Program-made: the position numbers and the translations under genes | The notes under the pieces: model-generated | The model's input: only the letters and a program-made list of their open reading frames with translations | Databases searched by the model: none | Told to the model about the DNA's origin: nothing | Shown here: positions 37,031-46,129 of the stretch, piece after piece | Layout of the letters: every line of letters begins with the position of its first letter | Position numbering within the stretch: the first letter of the stretch is position 1 | Assembly (NCBI GenBank): GCA_051003155.1 | Contig: JBPCLO010000051.1 | Location: forward strand, 96,001-160,000 | Source: Fimbriimonadales bacterium | GTDB lineage: Bacteria > Armatimonadota > Fimbriimonadia > Fimbriimonadales > ATM1 | DNA: 64,000 nucleotides | Direction of reading: 5' to 3'

Positions 37031-38286
37031 AGTCTTGGGTAGAGGTCTCGGCCGACAGCCATTTCCCAATCGAAAACCTACCGTATTGCGTTTTCTCTTA
37101 TTACCGCGAATCGCCCAGGGTCGGGGTCGGAATAGGTAGCTACGTACTTGATCTGAGTTTTCTTTACAACGCGGGCATCCTCCCAAAAGGGTTGGCGCCT
37201 CATAACGTTTTCGCCCTATCTGCACTCAACGACTTTGTCTCTCAGGGCAGGCAGATCTGGACGGAATTGCGAAAATGCTTGATCGAACTGCTTGAAGAAG
37301 GCAATGCGTTGATTCGCGACGACGAGGAACTATTAAGCAAATCGCTGCACAAGCAATCGGACGTAGTTTTCCATCATCCGATGAGAATCGGGGCGTTTGT
37401 TGATTTTTATTCTTCGGAGCAGCACGCGACGAACGTCGGCAAGATGCTGAGGCCCGATAGTCCGCTAATGCCGAACTGGAAACATTTGCCCGTGGGTTAC
37501 AATGGCCGGGCTTCGAGTGTGGTCGTTTCCGGGACGCCGATTCACCGCCCGAACGGCCAAACGATGCCCCAGGACGCGGAAACACCAATCTATGGACCAA
37601 GCCGGAACCTCGATTTCGAGCTCGAGGTGGGTTTCTTTACCGGCAAAGCGAATCCTCTGGGACAACAGGTCTCGACGGCTGAAGCCGAGGATTACATTTT
37701 CGGAATGGTTTTGGTAAACGACTGGTCTGCGCGCGATATTCAGAAGTGGGAATATCAACCGCTGGGTCCGTTTCTTGCCAAGTCATTCGCTACTACGATA
37801 TCGCCGTGGGTTGTGACGATGGAGGCGCTGGAGCCCTTCCGAGTATCCGGCGGGACACAGAACCCTGCTGTGCTTCCATACCTGCAATGCGATCGACCAT
37901 GGGCGTACGACATTAATCTCGAGGTTTTGCTAAAGAGCGAGAAAATGAGCCGGCCGCAAACAATCTGCCGGACGAATTACAAGAATATGTACTGGAACAT
38001 GGCCCAGCAATTGGCTCATCAGTGTGTAAACGGCACGAACGTTCAAGTTGGTGATCTCTATGCTTCGGGCACGGTCTCAGGAGACACACCGGATTCATAC
38101 GGCTCGATGCTGGAACTCGCGTGGCGTGGAGAGAAGCCGATCACTTTGGCTGAAACCGGTGAACAGCGCAAGTACGTCGACGACGGCGACGAAATCACAC
38201 TTACCGGATGGTGCCAGGGAGACGGATTCAGGGTCGGATTTGGAGAGGCCGCCGGCGTTATCTTGCCTTCAATGGCTATAGAGTAG
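37027..38286 (+). CDS. fahA: Fumarylacetoacetase
   Basis: FPIENLP, DFYSSEQHATNVG, YNGRASS, LDFELE, NDWSARDIQKWEY. Confidence 0.96.
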   Translation: MKSWVEVSADSHFPIENLPYCVFSYYRESPRVGVGIGSYVLDLSFLYNAGILPKGLAPHNVFALSALNDFVSQGRQIWTELRKCLIELLEEGNALIRDDEELLSKSLHKQSDVVFHHPMRIGAFVDFYSSEQHATNVGKMLRPDSPLMPNWKHLPVGYNGRASSVVVSGTPIHRPNGQTMPQDAETPIYGPSRNLDFELEVGFFTGKANPLGQQVSTAEAEDYIFGMVLVNDWSARDIQKWEYQPLGPFLAKSFATTISPWVVTMEALEPFRVSGGTQNPAVLPYLQCDRPWAYDINLEVLLKSEKMSRPQTICRTNYKNMYWNMAQQLAHQCVNGTNVQVGDLYASGTVSGDTPDSYGSMLELAWRGEKPITLAETGEQRKYVDDGDEITLTGWCQGDGFRVGFGEAAGVILPSMAIE

Positions 38287-38332
38287 GCGAAACTGTCGTC
38301 CTTAAGTGGTGACTAAAGTCAAGGAGACAATC

Positions 38333-40000
38333 ATGAAGAGGTTTACTTTTTGCATTTTGATATGCGCTTCTACCGCAATGGCGGCAGCGCAGGGAATTAG
38401 CGTAACTGTAGACGGGAGAACCGTCTCCTTCCAAGGCGCAGGCCCAATGATGATATCCGGGCGTGTGATGGTTCCCTTGCGGGGCGTTCTCGAAGCTATG
38501 GGCGCCTACATCGAATATAGAGCGGCGACAAGAACGATCATTGCCCGACGCGGCAATACCGACATCGAGCTCGGCCTCGGTGACCGAAGCGCTCTCGTGA
38601 ACGGGCGGACCGTTATGCTCGACGTTCCTGCGGCGACCGTCATGGGGAGCACCATGGTGCCGCTCCGCTTCATGGGTGAGTCGCTCGGCGCCGACGTCAG
38701 ATGGATCGAATCAACCAAGAGTGTGGTGATTTCAACAACCGGTGGCGGCGACCCCGGCGGAGGCGACCCGGGCGGAGGTGGCGGAGGCAACACCGGCGGT
38801 GGTACCGGAGCGTTGGAAATCCAGTCGTTCTCACACGACTCGACCGGCTGGCTGAGGCCGGGCGACGTTCTTCAAGTTTCGATGGTCGGCACGCCGAACG
38901 GCCAGGCCAGTTTCCGCATCCCGGGCATCGTCGATAACATCGCCATGCGCGAAGTCAATGACGGCCGGTATGCAGGTTCCTGGACAGTTCCACCCGCCGG
39001 AACGTCGGTCAACCTGGCCGGGGCCAGCGTTCTCGGCGTCCTTAGGATCGGCCGCGACGAGCGGCTTATTCAAGCAGCCAACCGCCTTTCCGTCGATACG
39101 GAGGCCCCCAGGATCACAACGATTCTCCCTGAGGCTAACGCACGAGTCGTTAGGGGCCAAGTCAGCGTTTCGGCGGTCTTCGACGACGGCAGCGGCAGCG
39201 GGATCGACCCCGCCACTGTCAGGGTTATCGTCAACGGCAAGGATGTCACGGATCAGGCGACCATCACCCCGTCCTTTGCTAATCTAAGGCCCGAACAAAT
39301 CATAATCGGCCGCAACGTCGCGGCGGTCTCCGCTGAGGATCGAGCTGGAAACCGCGTGTCCAAGTCGTGGACGTTTACCGTCGCCGAGGCGACGAGCGAG
39401 ATCAGGTTGCTGACGCACGACGCGGCTGATCGCGTGGAGCCGGGCGATGTCATTACGGTACGCCTCGAAGGCGCGAAGGGCGGCAGAGCATCGTTCGACG
39501 TCGGCAGGAACCAGAACATGCCGATGAATGAGAATGACGACGGCGTCTATATCGGCCGGTACACCGTTCGCAGGGGCGAAGACCTCTCGAACGCGCCCGT
39601 GATCGCTAGGCTCGAAATCGGCAACAACAAGTACACGGTAGAGGCCAAGGACAGGATCAACGCGTCGGCTTCGACCTCGCAGCTCGACGCGCCGAAGGTC
39701 ATTTCACCTGCTGAGGGCGCCAAGGTGAACTCGCCGATGGTTGTGCGCGGCACTGCAGCCCCGAACACGCGGGTCCGCGTGAAGGTGGAGTACACGGCGT
39801 CGCTTCTCGGCCTGATCGGCACGTCGGGAACGATCGGCGAGCAGGCATTGACCAGTGACGCCCAGGGCAACTTTCGCAGCGCGCCGTTCGATCTGGATAC
39901 TCTTGGTGGCCAAGACGCCAAGTTCACGATCACGGTGATTGCCATCAGCGACGCCGGCAAAGAATCCCCGAAGAAGGTCGTGAAGGTCGAGAAGGTGTAA
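38333..40000 (+). CDS. Secreted protein with copper amine oxidase N-terminal (stalk) domain, Gly-rich linker and Ig-like domains
   Basis: AAGGAG RBS; GRVMVPLRGVLEAMG and TMVPLRFMGESLGA repeats; GGGDP linker; two similar ~95-aa HD...PGDV...Y.G modules. Confidence 0.85.
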   Translation: MKRFTFCILICASTAMAAAQGISVTVDGRTVSFQGAGPMMISGRVMVPLRGVLEAMGAYIEYRAATRTIIARRGNTDIELGLGDRSALVNGRTVMLDVPAATVMGSTMVPLRFMGESLGADVRWIESTKSVVISTTGGGDPGGGDPGGGGGGNTGGGTGALEIQSFSHDSTGWLRPGDVLQVSMVGTPNGQASFRIPGIVDNIAMREVNDGRYAGSWTVPPAGTSVNLAGASVLGVLRIGRDERLIQAANRLSVDTEAPRITTILPEANARVVRGQVSVSAVFDDGSGSGIDPATVRVIVNGKDVTDQATITPSFANLRPEQIIIGRNVAAVSAEDRAGNRVSKSWTFTVAEATSEIRLLTHDAADRVEPGDVITVRLEGAKGGRASFDVGRNQNMPMNENDDGVYIGRYTVRRGEDLSNAPVIARLEIGNNKYTVEAKDRINASASTSQLDAPKVISPAEGAKVNSPMVVRGTAAPNTRVRVKVEYTASLLGLIGTSGTIGEQALTSDAQGNFRSAPFDLDTLGGQDAKFTITVIAISDAGKESPKKVVKVEKV

Positions 40001-40116
40001 ACCACAACTCAACCCGTGGCAGATGCTTGCATCCCACGGGTTGTTGCGGTCGTGGTCTGACACCAGCGCACGATTACCTGCACCCAGCTGTGCATGATGC
40101 TGACGGGCGCGCTGCA

Positions 40117-40971
40117 TCACATCGATGCGGCCGCCTCCGCCCCATCGACCACGTTCGAAAGCAACATCGTCACCGTCATCGGCCCGACGCCGCCTGGAAC
40201 CGGCGATATCCAACCGGCTACTTCGGACGCCGACGAGAATTCCACATCCCCCACGTCTCCGGATCGGCGTTCGACCTTGTTGTAGCCTGCGTCGAGGACG
40301 ATCGCCCCGGGTTTGATCCAGTCTCCCTTGACCATCTCGGCTCGCCCGACGGCGGCGACCAAGATATCCGCCGTGCGGCAAATATCCCACAGCCCCTGCG
40401 TGCGGCTGTGGCAAATCGTTACGGTCGCGTTCCGCGCCAACAACATCAGCGCCGCGGGTTTACCCAGGATCACGCTCCGCCCGATCACCACGGCGTACTT
40501 GCCCTCGCACCCCAGGCCGTACTCGTCGAGCAGGCGCATCATGCCTAGCGGCGTCGCGCAGCGAAAGCCCTTGGCTCCAGTCAGCAGCCTGCCCAGCGAT
40601 TGGGGCGAGATGCCGTCCACGTCTTTCTCCGGTCCCAATGCTTCCAACGCCGCCGCTTCGTCGAGGTGTTTCGGCAAGGGGTGCTGCAGCAGCACGCCGT
40701 GGACCTCCCGGTTGGCATTGAGTTCGCGCAGTTTCTCGATGAGCCATTCCTGGGTCGTGTCGGCCGTGACTTGCCACGACTCGCCGACGATCCCGATCTT
40801 GTCGGCCCACCGCTGCTTCATGTTCACGTAGGTGATGCTGGACGGGTCGTCCGCAGCCACCAGGACATCCAATCGGGGAACCACCCCCTGCTTCCTTAGA
40901 ACCTCGACGCGGGACGCAAGCTCGCTCCGGATCTGGCTGCTTAGAGTCTTGCCGTCAAGAATCTGAGCCAT
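40117..40971 (-). CDS. folD: Methylenetetrahydrofolate dehydrogenase/cyclohydrolase
   Basis: YVNMK, KDVDG, GRSVILGKP, PVPGGVGPMT. Confidence 0.96.
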   Translation of the reverse strand: MAQILDGKTLSSQIRSELASRVEVLRKQGVVPRLDVLVAADDPSSITYVNMKQRWADKIGIVGESWQVTADTTQEWLIEKLRELNANREVHGVLLQHPLPKHLDEAAALEALGPEKDVDGISPQSLGRLLTGAKGFRCATPLGMMRLLDEYGLGCEGKYAVVIGRSVILGKPAALMLLARNATVTICHSRTQGLWDICRTADILVAAVGRAEMVKGDWIKPGAIVLDAGYNKVERRSGDVGDVEFSSASEVAGWISPVPGGVGPMTVTMLLSNVVDGAEAAASM

Positions 40972-41377
40972 CTTTCCGCCTATCGAGTTCGCCGAGAATG
41001 CCATTGATGAATTTGCCGCTCTCCGCCGTGCTGTATTTCTTCGCAACGCTCACGACCTCGTTAATCGCCACAGCCGTAGGCGTATCTTCGTAAAACAATA
41101 TCTCGTATGCACCCAGGCGCAGCAGCGTCCGGTCGATGGCCGCCATCCTGTCGAGCGAATAACCGCGTGCGAGCCCTTCGAGTCTCGTGTCGATGTTCAA
41201 CCGCTTCTCCATCGTCCCGCGCACAAGTGCTTCCGCAAATGTCCGATTGTCCGGAGTGAGTTGAGCCTCGGAAGTGGAGGTCACGAGGGCTTCCTCCACT
41301 TCTTGTCCACCGACGTCGATTGCATAAAGCGCCTTGAACGCAACGAGCCTCGCCTTGCGTCTGGACGCAGACGACAT
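40955..41377 (-). CDS. nusB: Transcription antitermination factor NusB
   Basis: RRKAR, IDRTLLRL, AINEVV, FINGILG. Confidence 0.95.
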   Translation of the reverse strand: MSSASRRKARLVAFKALYAIDVGGQEVEEALVTSTSEAQLTPDNRTFAEALVRGTMEKRLNIDTRLEGLARGYSLDRMAAIDRTLLRLGAYEILFYEDTPTAVAINEVVSVAKKYSTAESGKFINGILGELDRRKDGSDS

Positions 41378-41378
41378 G

Positions 41379-42725
41379 CTACTCGCTCATCACCGTCGGA
41401 ACGAAGCTCGTGTCGAGATCGCCTGATCGAAATCTCTCGTCTCCGATGAGACGCCGAAGGAACGGAATATTTGTGCGGATCCCTTCGACCCGAAAGTTAT
41501 CGAGGGCAGTTCCCAGCGTAGCGATCGCGTCGTCGCGTGTTTCCGCCGTTACGATCAGCTTCGCGATCATCGGATCGTAAAAGGGGCTGATCGTGAAACC
41601 CGGATAAACGTGGCTTTCCATCCTAATGGAAGGGCCAGACGGCGGCTCCCAAACCGTCACTTTGCCGCAACTGGGCGCAAAGTTCTTCGCGGGGTCTTCG
41701 GCGGTGATCCGAGCTTCGATCGAGTGTCCTCTCCAGCGAACCCCTTCCTGCTCCATCGGTAGCTTGTCACCCGCAGCTATCTTGATCATTTGCTGTACGA
41801 TATCGATGCCGGTTACTTGCTCGGTCACAGTGTGTTCGACCTGCAATCGCGTGTTCATCTCGATAAAGTAGTGAGCGCCCGCATCGTCCATCAAGAACTC
41901 CATCGTTCCCGCGTTCACATACCCGACCGCCTTGGCCAGACGAACCGCGGCAGCGCCCATCTCGTGCCGCTTCGCCTCGCAGAGCAGGGCAAAGGGCGCC
42001 TCCTCGATCATCTTCTGATGCCTGAGGTTTTGGACTGAGCACTCTCGTTCACCAAGAGAAAGACAGGTTCCATGAGAATCAGCCAGTACCTGGACTTCCA
42101 CATGACGCGGCTTCTCGACAAACTTCTCCAGGTACACGTCGCTGCTTCCAAAGCTAGCATCCGCCTCCTGTTGGGCGAGCCGCATCAGCTTCGGGAACTC
42201 CTCGGCCGATTCAGCCTTGCGGATTCCCTTGCCGCCGCCGCCTGCGGATGCCTTGATCAAGACCGGAAACCCAATCCGCTCCGCTTCCGCTAACGCTTCG
42301 TCCGGGTCTTCGACGATGCCTGGGGAACCGGGAACCACCGGGCAGTTCGCAGCAATCGCAGCCTCACGGGCGGATGCCTTGTCGCCCATTCGTGCGATTG
42401 CTTCCACTGGAGGCCCGATGAACGCGATTCCAAGGGCTTGGAGCGAATCGGCGAAATTCTGCCGCTCCGAAAAATAGCCGTATCCAGGATGAACCGCGTC
42501 AGACCCGGTGATAACCGCTGCCATCAGAACGTTCGGCATGTTGAGATAGCTGTCCGAGTTCGTGGCTGCGCCGACACATACGCTCTCGTCGGCCATTTGC
42601 ACGTGCAGGCTCTCGCGATCGACCTCGCTATAGATGGCGGCCGTCTTCACGCCGAGCTCGTTGCAGGCGCGAATTATGCGGCAGGCTATCTCGCCTCGGT
42701 TAGCGATGAGAATCTTGCTGAACAT
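41379..42725 (-). CDS. accC: Biotin carboxylase
   Basis: ANRGEIA, HPGYG, GGGGKG, ERECSVQ, EMNTRLQVEH. Confidence 0.96.
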   Translation of the reverse strand: MFSKILIANRGEIACRIIRACNELGVKTAAIYSEVDRESLHVQMADESVCVGAATNSDSYLNMPNVLMAAVITGSDAVHPGYGYFSERQNFADSLQALGIAFIGPPVEAIARMGDKASAREAAIAANCPVVPGSPGIVEDPDEALAEAERIGFPVLIKASAGGGGKGIRKAESAEEFPKLMRLAQQEADASFGSSDVYLEKFVEKPRHVEVQVLADSHGTCLSLGERECSVQNLRHQKMIEEAPFALLCEAKRHEMGAAAVRLAKAVGYVNAGTMEFLMDDAGAHYFIEMNTRLQVEHTVTEQVTGIDIVQQMIKIAAGDKLPMEQEGVRWRGHSIEARITAEDPAKNFAPSCGKVTVWEPPSGPSIRMESHVYPGFTISPFYDPMIAKLIVTAETRDDAIATLGTALDNFRVEGIRTNIPFLRRLIGDERFRSGDLDTSFVPTVMSE

Positions 42726-43097
42726 TCAGAAGTTTTCGTGTCCGGGGTGCGGACAGGTTACCTTGGCCGCTGCGGCATCGAAGTAGTATGCCTCCTCCCC
42801 GATCGGACACTTCTGTATGGCGGGGCCGATCCCGGGCAGGTCTGAAAGGCTGCTCGGCGTATTGCCGTTATTCTGTTCGATCTGCACGGCCATGTTGACC
42901 TGCCTTAGATTGCTGCGACAAACCTCGTCCTTTGTTCGCGCGGCGACCTTGCCAATCGACGTCCTGCCTTCACCGTCCGGCCTTTCGGGCAGCGACGTCC
43001 CCATTCCGAAATCGCCATCCAAGAAGATGAGAACCATGATGCCGACCACGACAACGGCGAAGAGCAACCCCATCATCGAAAACCCTCTCTCGTTCAT
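42726..43097 (-). CDS. Prepilin-type N-terminal domain protein
   Basis: RG-FSMMGLLFAVVVV class III signal-like N-terminus; CRSNLRQ, CP..., CPHPGH. Confidence 0.65.
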   Translation of the reverse strand: MNERGFSMMGLLFAVVVVGIMVLIFLDGDFGMGTSLPERPDGEGRTSIGKVAARTKDEVCRSNLRQVNMAVQIEQNNGNTPSSLSDLPGIGPAIQKCPIGEEAYYFDAAAAKVTCPHPGHENF

Positions 43098-43483
43098 TTG
43101 GAGACCCTTACCTTCGCAACCGGCTGTCCGTACTCCACCGTTTGCCCGTCGTGCGCCAATAGCTCTTCGACAATCGCGTCGACGTGGGCGACCACGTCGT
43201 TAGGTAGGCCGAGCGCTTCGACGATGCCCACAACGTCGCCGGCCTCTACGGAAGCGCCGACCTCTGCCTCATGCCGGAAAAATCCGACGTATCCGCTCTT
43301 GATCACCGCCGATTCAGCGCCCGGCTCTTCCTCCGCAAGCGGCGAAGATGCGGTCGCAGAAGGGGCATCGCCGAACTCGAGCACAATCTGTCGATCCCCG
43401 GATTCGATGCCAACGTACGTTAGACCCCTAGCATTGGCCAGCCGTACCAACCGCTCTACCTCTTCACTCTCGAAGCCGTTCAT
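43094..43483 (-). CDS. Biotin carboxyl carrier protein-like, lacking the biotin-acceptor lysine
   Basis: AccB-like layout (IKSGYVGFF, VEAGDVVGIVEA, GQTVEYGQPV) but EALGL in place of EAMKM. Confidence 0.8.
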   Translation of the reverse strand: MNGFESEEVERLVRLANARGLTYVGIESGDRQIVLEFGDAPSATASSPLAEEEPGAESAVIKSGYVGFFRHEAEVGASVEAGDVVGIVEALGLPNDVVAHVDAIVEELLAHDGQTVEYGQPVAKVRVSK

Positions 43484-44598
43484 ATCTTTAGCTTGAAGAT
43501 ACCGAACTCGACGGCTCGCATGATTTGGGAAAGCAGGAAGAGCATCAGCAGAATCAGAATCCCGTGCTCAAGAAATCCGGGTGTCGTTCCGATCGTGGTC
43601 TTGTCGAGCGTGGGGTCGTTCGCGAAGGTGAAGCGGCTGAGCGCGGAGTCGAACCCATGGAGCAGATTATTGGTGAGATTGAGAAATTGAGGCTGAAAAA
43701 GCAGGTAGACGAGCGTAACAAAACTTAGCGCGATCGGAACCGAGAGACGGTACTTGTGCCGCTGATGCTCGTTGTAAATAACGCATTGCCGGCAGCGCTC
43801 CGCCTTCTGCTGCGGAGTCGCGCGACTCGTCCTCGGAATGAACTTCGCTGCGGCGACGACGTCCCTCGGGATCGTTTTGCCTTCCAGTGCGCCCCGGATG
43901 ACCTCCTCCTCGCACATGCAGCCGACCCGTTCGCGCCAGCAAGTCCTGCGGCTGTGATAGATGGGGCAGGCTTCGCGCACGAACTTGCGGCAGAAGGGAA
44001 GCTGCCAGCACTTGCCCATAAAGACGTTCCGGTAGTCGGCCTCTTCCCTGATGCCCTTGCCGTACTTGATCTGATCGTGATGAGTACCGTGTATCGCCCT
44101 GTTCCTAATGCGCAAAGCGGCGTCGATCAGCTGCAAAACAATGGCGAAGCCACCCAGCCACAGTCCTCCCCGATGCAGGGCCCCGATGGCCATCGACGAC
44201 AACCCTTCGGCTCCTGGAACATACGAATCGGTGATCAAGCCCGTCATGGGCAGCAGGTCGGGAGAAAAGTAGTATAGAGCAGCCAAGATCAGCAGCGTAA
44301 GAGGGAGAGCGAAGTCCCCCCAGAAGCTGAACATGATGCCGACACCCAGGGCGAGGAGCGACAAGGTCAGACCAACTCCGAACTTGCCGATCAGGTTGGC
44401 CGCATCCTGCGTCTCGTTTGGGGTCAGCGGGAGCGAAGCGCTGAAGTGTTGCGCGTAGTAGACCAGGAACCCGGTGGCGAGCACGGTTCCGACTGCACCG
44501 ACGAACGTGAATTTGCCCCGGAGCCAAGTCAGTATCTCCGATCCCCACTCGGTCCTTTCGACCGTATCGGGTACTGCGACGGGGTTGGTGGAGTTCAT
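43480..44598 (-). CDS. Membrane protein with Cys-rich (two-CW-like) soluble domain
   Basis: About six TM segments; CWQLPFC-x7-CP-x7-CW-x5-CMC and CRQCVIY. Confidence 0.75.
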   Translation of the reverse strand: MNSTNPVAVPDTVERTEWGSEILTWLRGKFTFVGAVGTVLATGFLVYYAQHFSASLPLTPNETQDAANLIGKFGVGLTLSLLALGVGIMFSFWGDFALPLTLLILAALYYFSPDLLPMTGLITDSYVPGAEGLSSMAIGALHRGGLWLGGFAIVLQLIDAALRIRNRAIHGTHHDQIKYGKGIREEADYRNVFMGKCWQLPFCRKFVREACPIYHSRRTCWRERVGCMCEEEVIRGALEGKTIPRDVVAAAKFIPRTSRATPQQKAERCRQCVIYNEHQRHKYRLSVPIALSFVTLVYLLFQPQFLNLTNNLLHGFDSALSRFTFANDPTLDKTTIGTTPGFLEHGILILLMLFLLSQIMRAVEFGIFKLKI

Positions 44599-44602
44599 TG
44601 GC

Positions 44603-45172
44603 CTACGCCGTTTTGACGCGCTCCAGGTAAGTATCGGTTCGTGTATCGATCTTCAGGACATCACCCGGGTTGATGTGGAACGGTACGCTGACGATGGCCC
44701 CGCCCTCCATCGTTGCAGGCTTCGAGCCTCCGCTCACCGTGTCGCCTTTGAATGCAGGGTCGGTTTCCGAGACCGCGAGTTCGACGAAGTTCGGCACTTC
44801 CAAGCCCCACACTTCGCCGTCGACAGTCATGGCCGAAACCTCCATGCCTTCACCGAGATACTTGACGCTATCGCCGACATAGGAGAGCGGATAGTGGTGC
44901 TGCTCAAAGTCTTCCATATCCATGACCACGACCTCGTCGCCTGCTTTATACAAGTATTGCAGTTTCCGCTTCTCGACGTATGCGGGCTCCACCCGCTCCC
45001 CGGCACGGAACGTCTTTTCGATGTTCTGACCGGTTTTGAGCTTCCTTAGCTTGGTGCGAACGAATGCGGCGCCCTTCCCGGGCTTGACGTGCTGAAACTC
45101 GACTATGGTATAGACCTCGCCTTCGAGATAGATGTTCATTCCGTTTTTGAAGCTGCTGGTGTCGATCGCCAA
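44603..45172 (-). CDS. efp: Elongation factor P
   Basis: FQHVKPGKGAAFVR, KGDTVSGGSKPA, IDTR. Confidence 0.97.
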   Translation of the reverse strand: MAIDTSSFKNGMNIYLEGEVYTIVEFQHVKPGKGAAFVRTKLRKLKTGQNIEKTFRAGERVEPAYVEKRKLQYLYKAGDEVVVMDMEDFEQHHYPLSYVGDSVKYLGEGMEVSAMTVDGEVWGLEVPNFVELAVSETDPAFKGDTVSGGSKPATMEGGAIVSVPFHINPGDVLKIDTRTDTYLERVKTA

Positions 45173-45292
45173 GTGAGTGTTCCCGTTCGTTGGAATGCGT
45201 CCGAATTATAGCAGACGGGCTTACAGTTCGATGCTTCCGTTCCGTCCGCTCAGTCCACTAACCCACATCCACCCTTGGGTAGCCTGTGACCC

Positions 45293-46111
45293 ATGAACCG
45301 CATCGATCTCGCTAGTTTCCAGACCAGCCAAGACGGGGGAATGATCAAAGAGGATGCACACGCCAAGGTCGAAGAAATGGGCAAGGAGCTCGACGAACTC
45401 GAAGACCTACTGTTCTATGCAGCCCAGCATTCGTTGCTCGTCGTCCTACAGGGGCGAGACACGAGCGGCAAAGACGGCACTATTCGCACAATCTTGCAAT
45501 TCGTAAACGGCCAGAGCTGCCGCGTCGCCTCCTTCAAGGTGCCGACCGAGGAGGAACTAGCGCACGACTTCTTATGGCGTGTCCACTCCCAGGCGCCGCG
45601 CAAAGGGTCTATGACGATCTTCAACCGCTCGCACTACGAAGACGTTCTCGTCGTCCGCGTCCACGAACTCGCGCCGAAAGAGCTCTGGTCGAAACGCTAC
45701 GAAGACATCAACAACTTCGAAAAACTGCTCGCCGACAACGACACAATCATCCTCAAGTTCATGCTCTGCATTTCGAAGGAGGAGCAGGGAGAAAGGCTAC
45801 TCGCCCGCGAGCAAGAGGTCGAGAAGTCTTGGAAGCTGTCGGTCGGTGATTGGAAGGAGCGCGAATACTGGGGTGCGTACACCGAGGCATACCAAGACGT
45901 TCTCGATAGATGCTCGAACGAGCACGCCCCGTGGCATGTGGTGCCGGCGGATCGCAAGTGGTACCGAGACTACATGATCCTGAAGACGATCGTCGAAGCG
46001 CTCCGGAGCCACAAGAAAGGCTGGCTCGACCATCTGCAAGCCGTCGGTGATGAGCGTAGAGCTGAACTCGGCGAATACCGGAAACACTTGAAATCGGAAC
46101 CGATCCGATAG
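45293..46111 (+). CDS. Polyphosphate kinase 2 family (polyphosphate:nucleotide phosphotransferase)
   Basis: QGRDTSGKDG, FKVPT, FNRSHYEDV, ADRKWYR. Confidence 0.92.
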   Translation: MNRIDLASFQTSQDGGMIKEDAHAKVEEMGKELDELEDLLFYAAQHSLLVVLQGRDTSGKDGTIRTILQFVNGQSCRVASFKVPTEEELAHDFLWRVHSQAPRKGSMTIFNRSHYEDVLVVRVHELAPKELWSKRYEDINNFEKLLADNDTIILKFMLCISKEEQGERLLAREQEVEKSWKLSVGDWKEREYWGAYTEAYQDVLDRCSNEHAPWHVVPADRKWYRDYMILKTIVEALRSHKKGWLDHLQAVGDERRAELGEYRKHLKSEPIR

Positions 46112-46129
46112 CAACGCAGTAAGCACTAC

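Noticed and set aside
38741..38810. GGC-rich tandem repeat
   Set aside because: Encodes a Gly-rich GGGDP linker inside a CDS.
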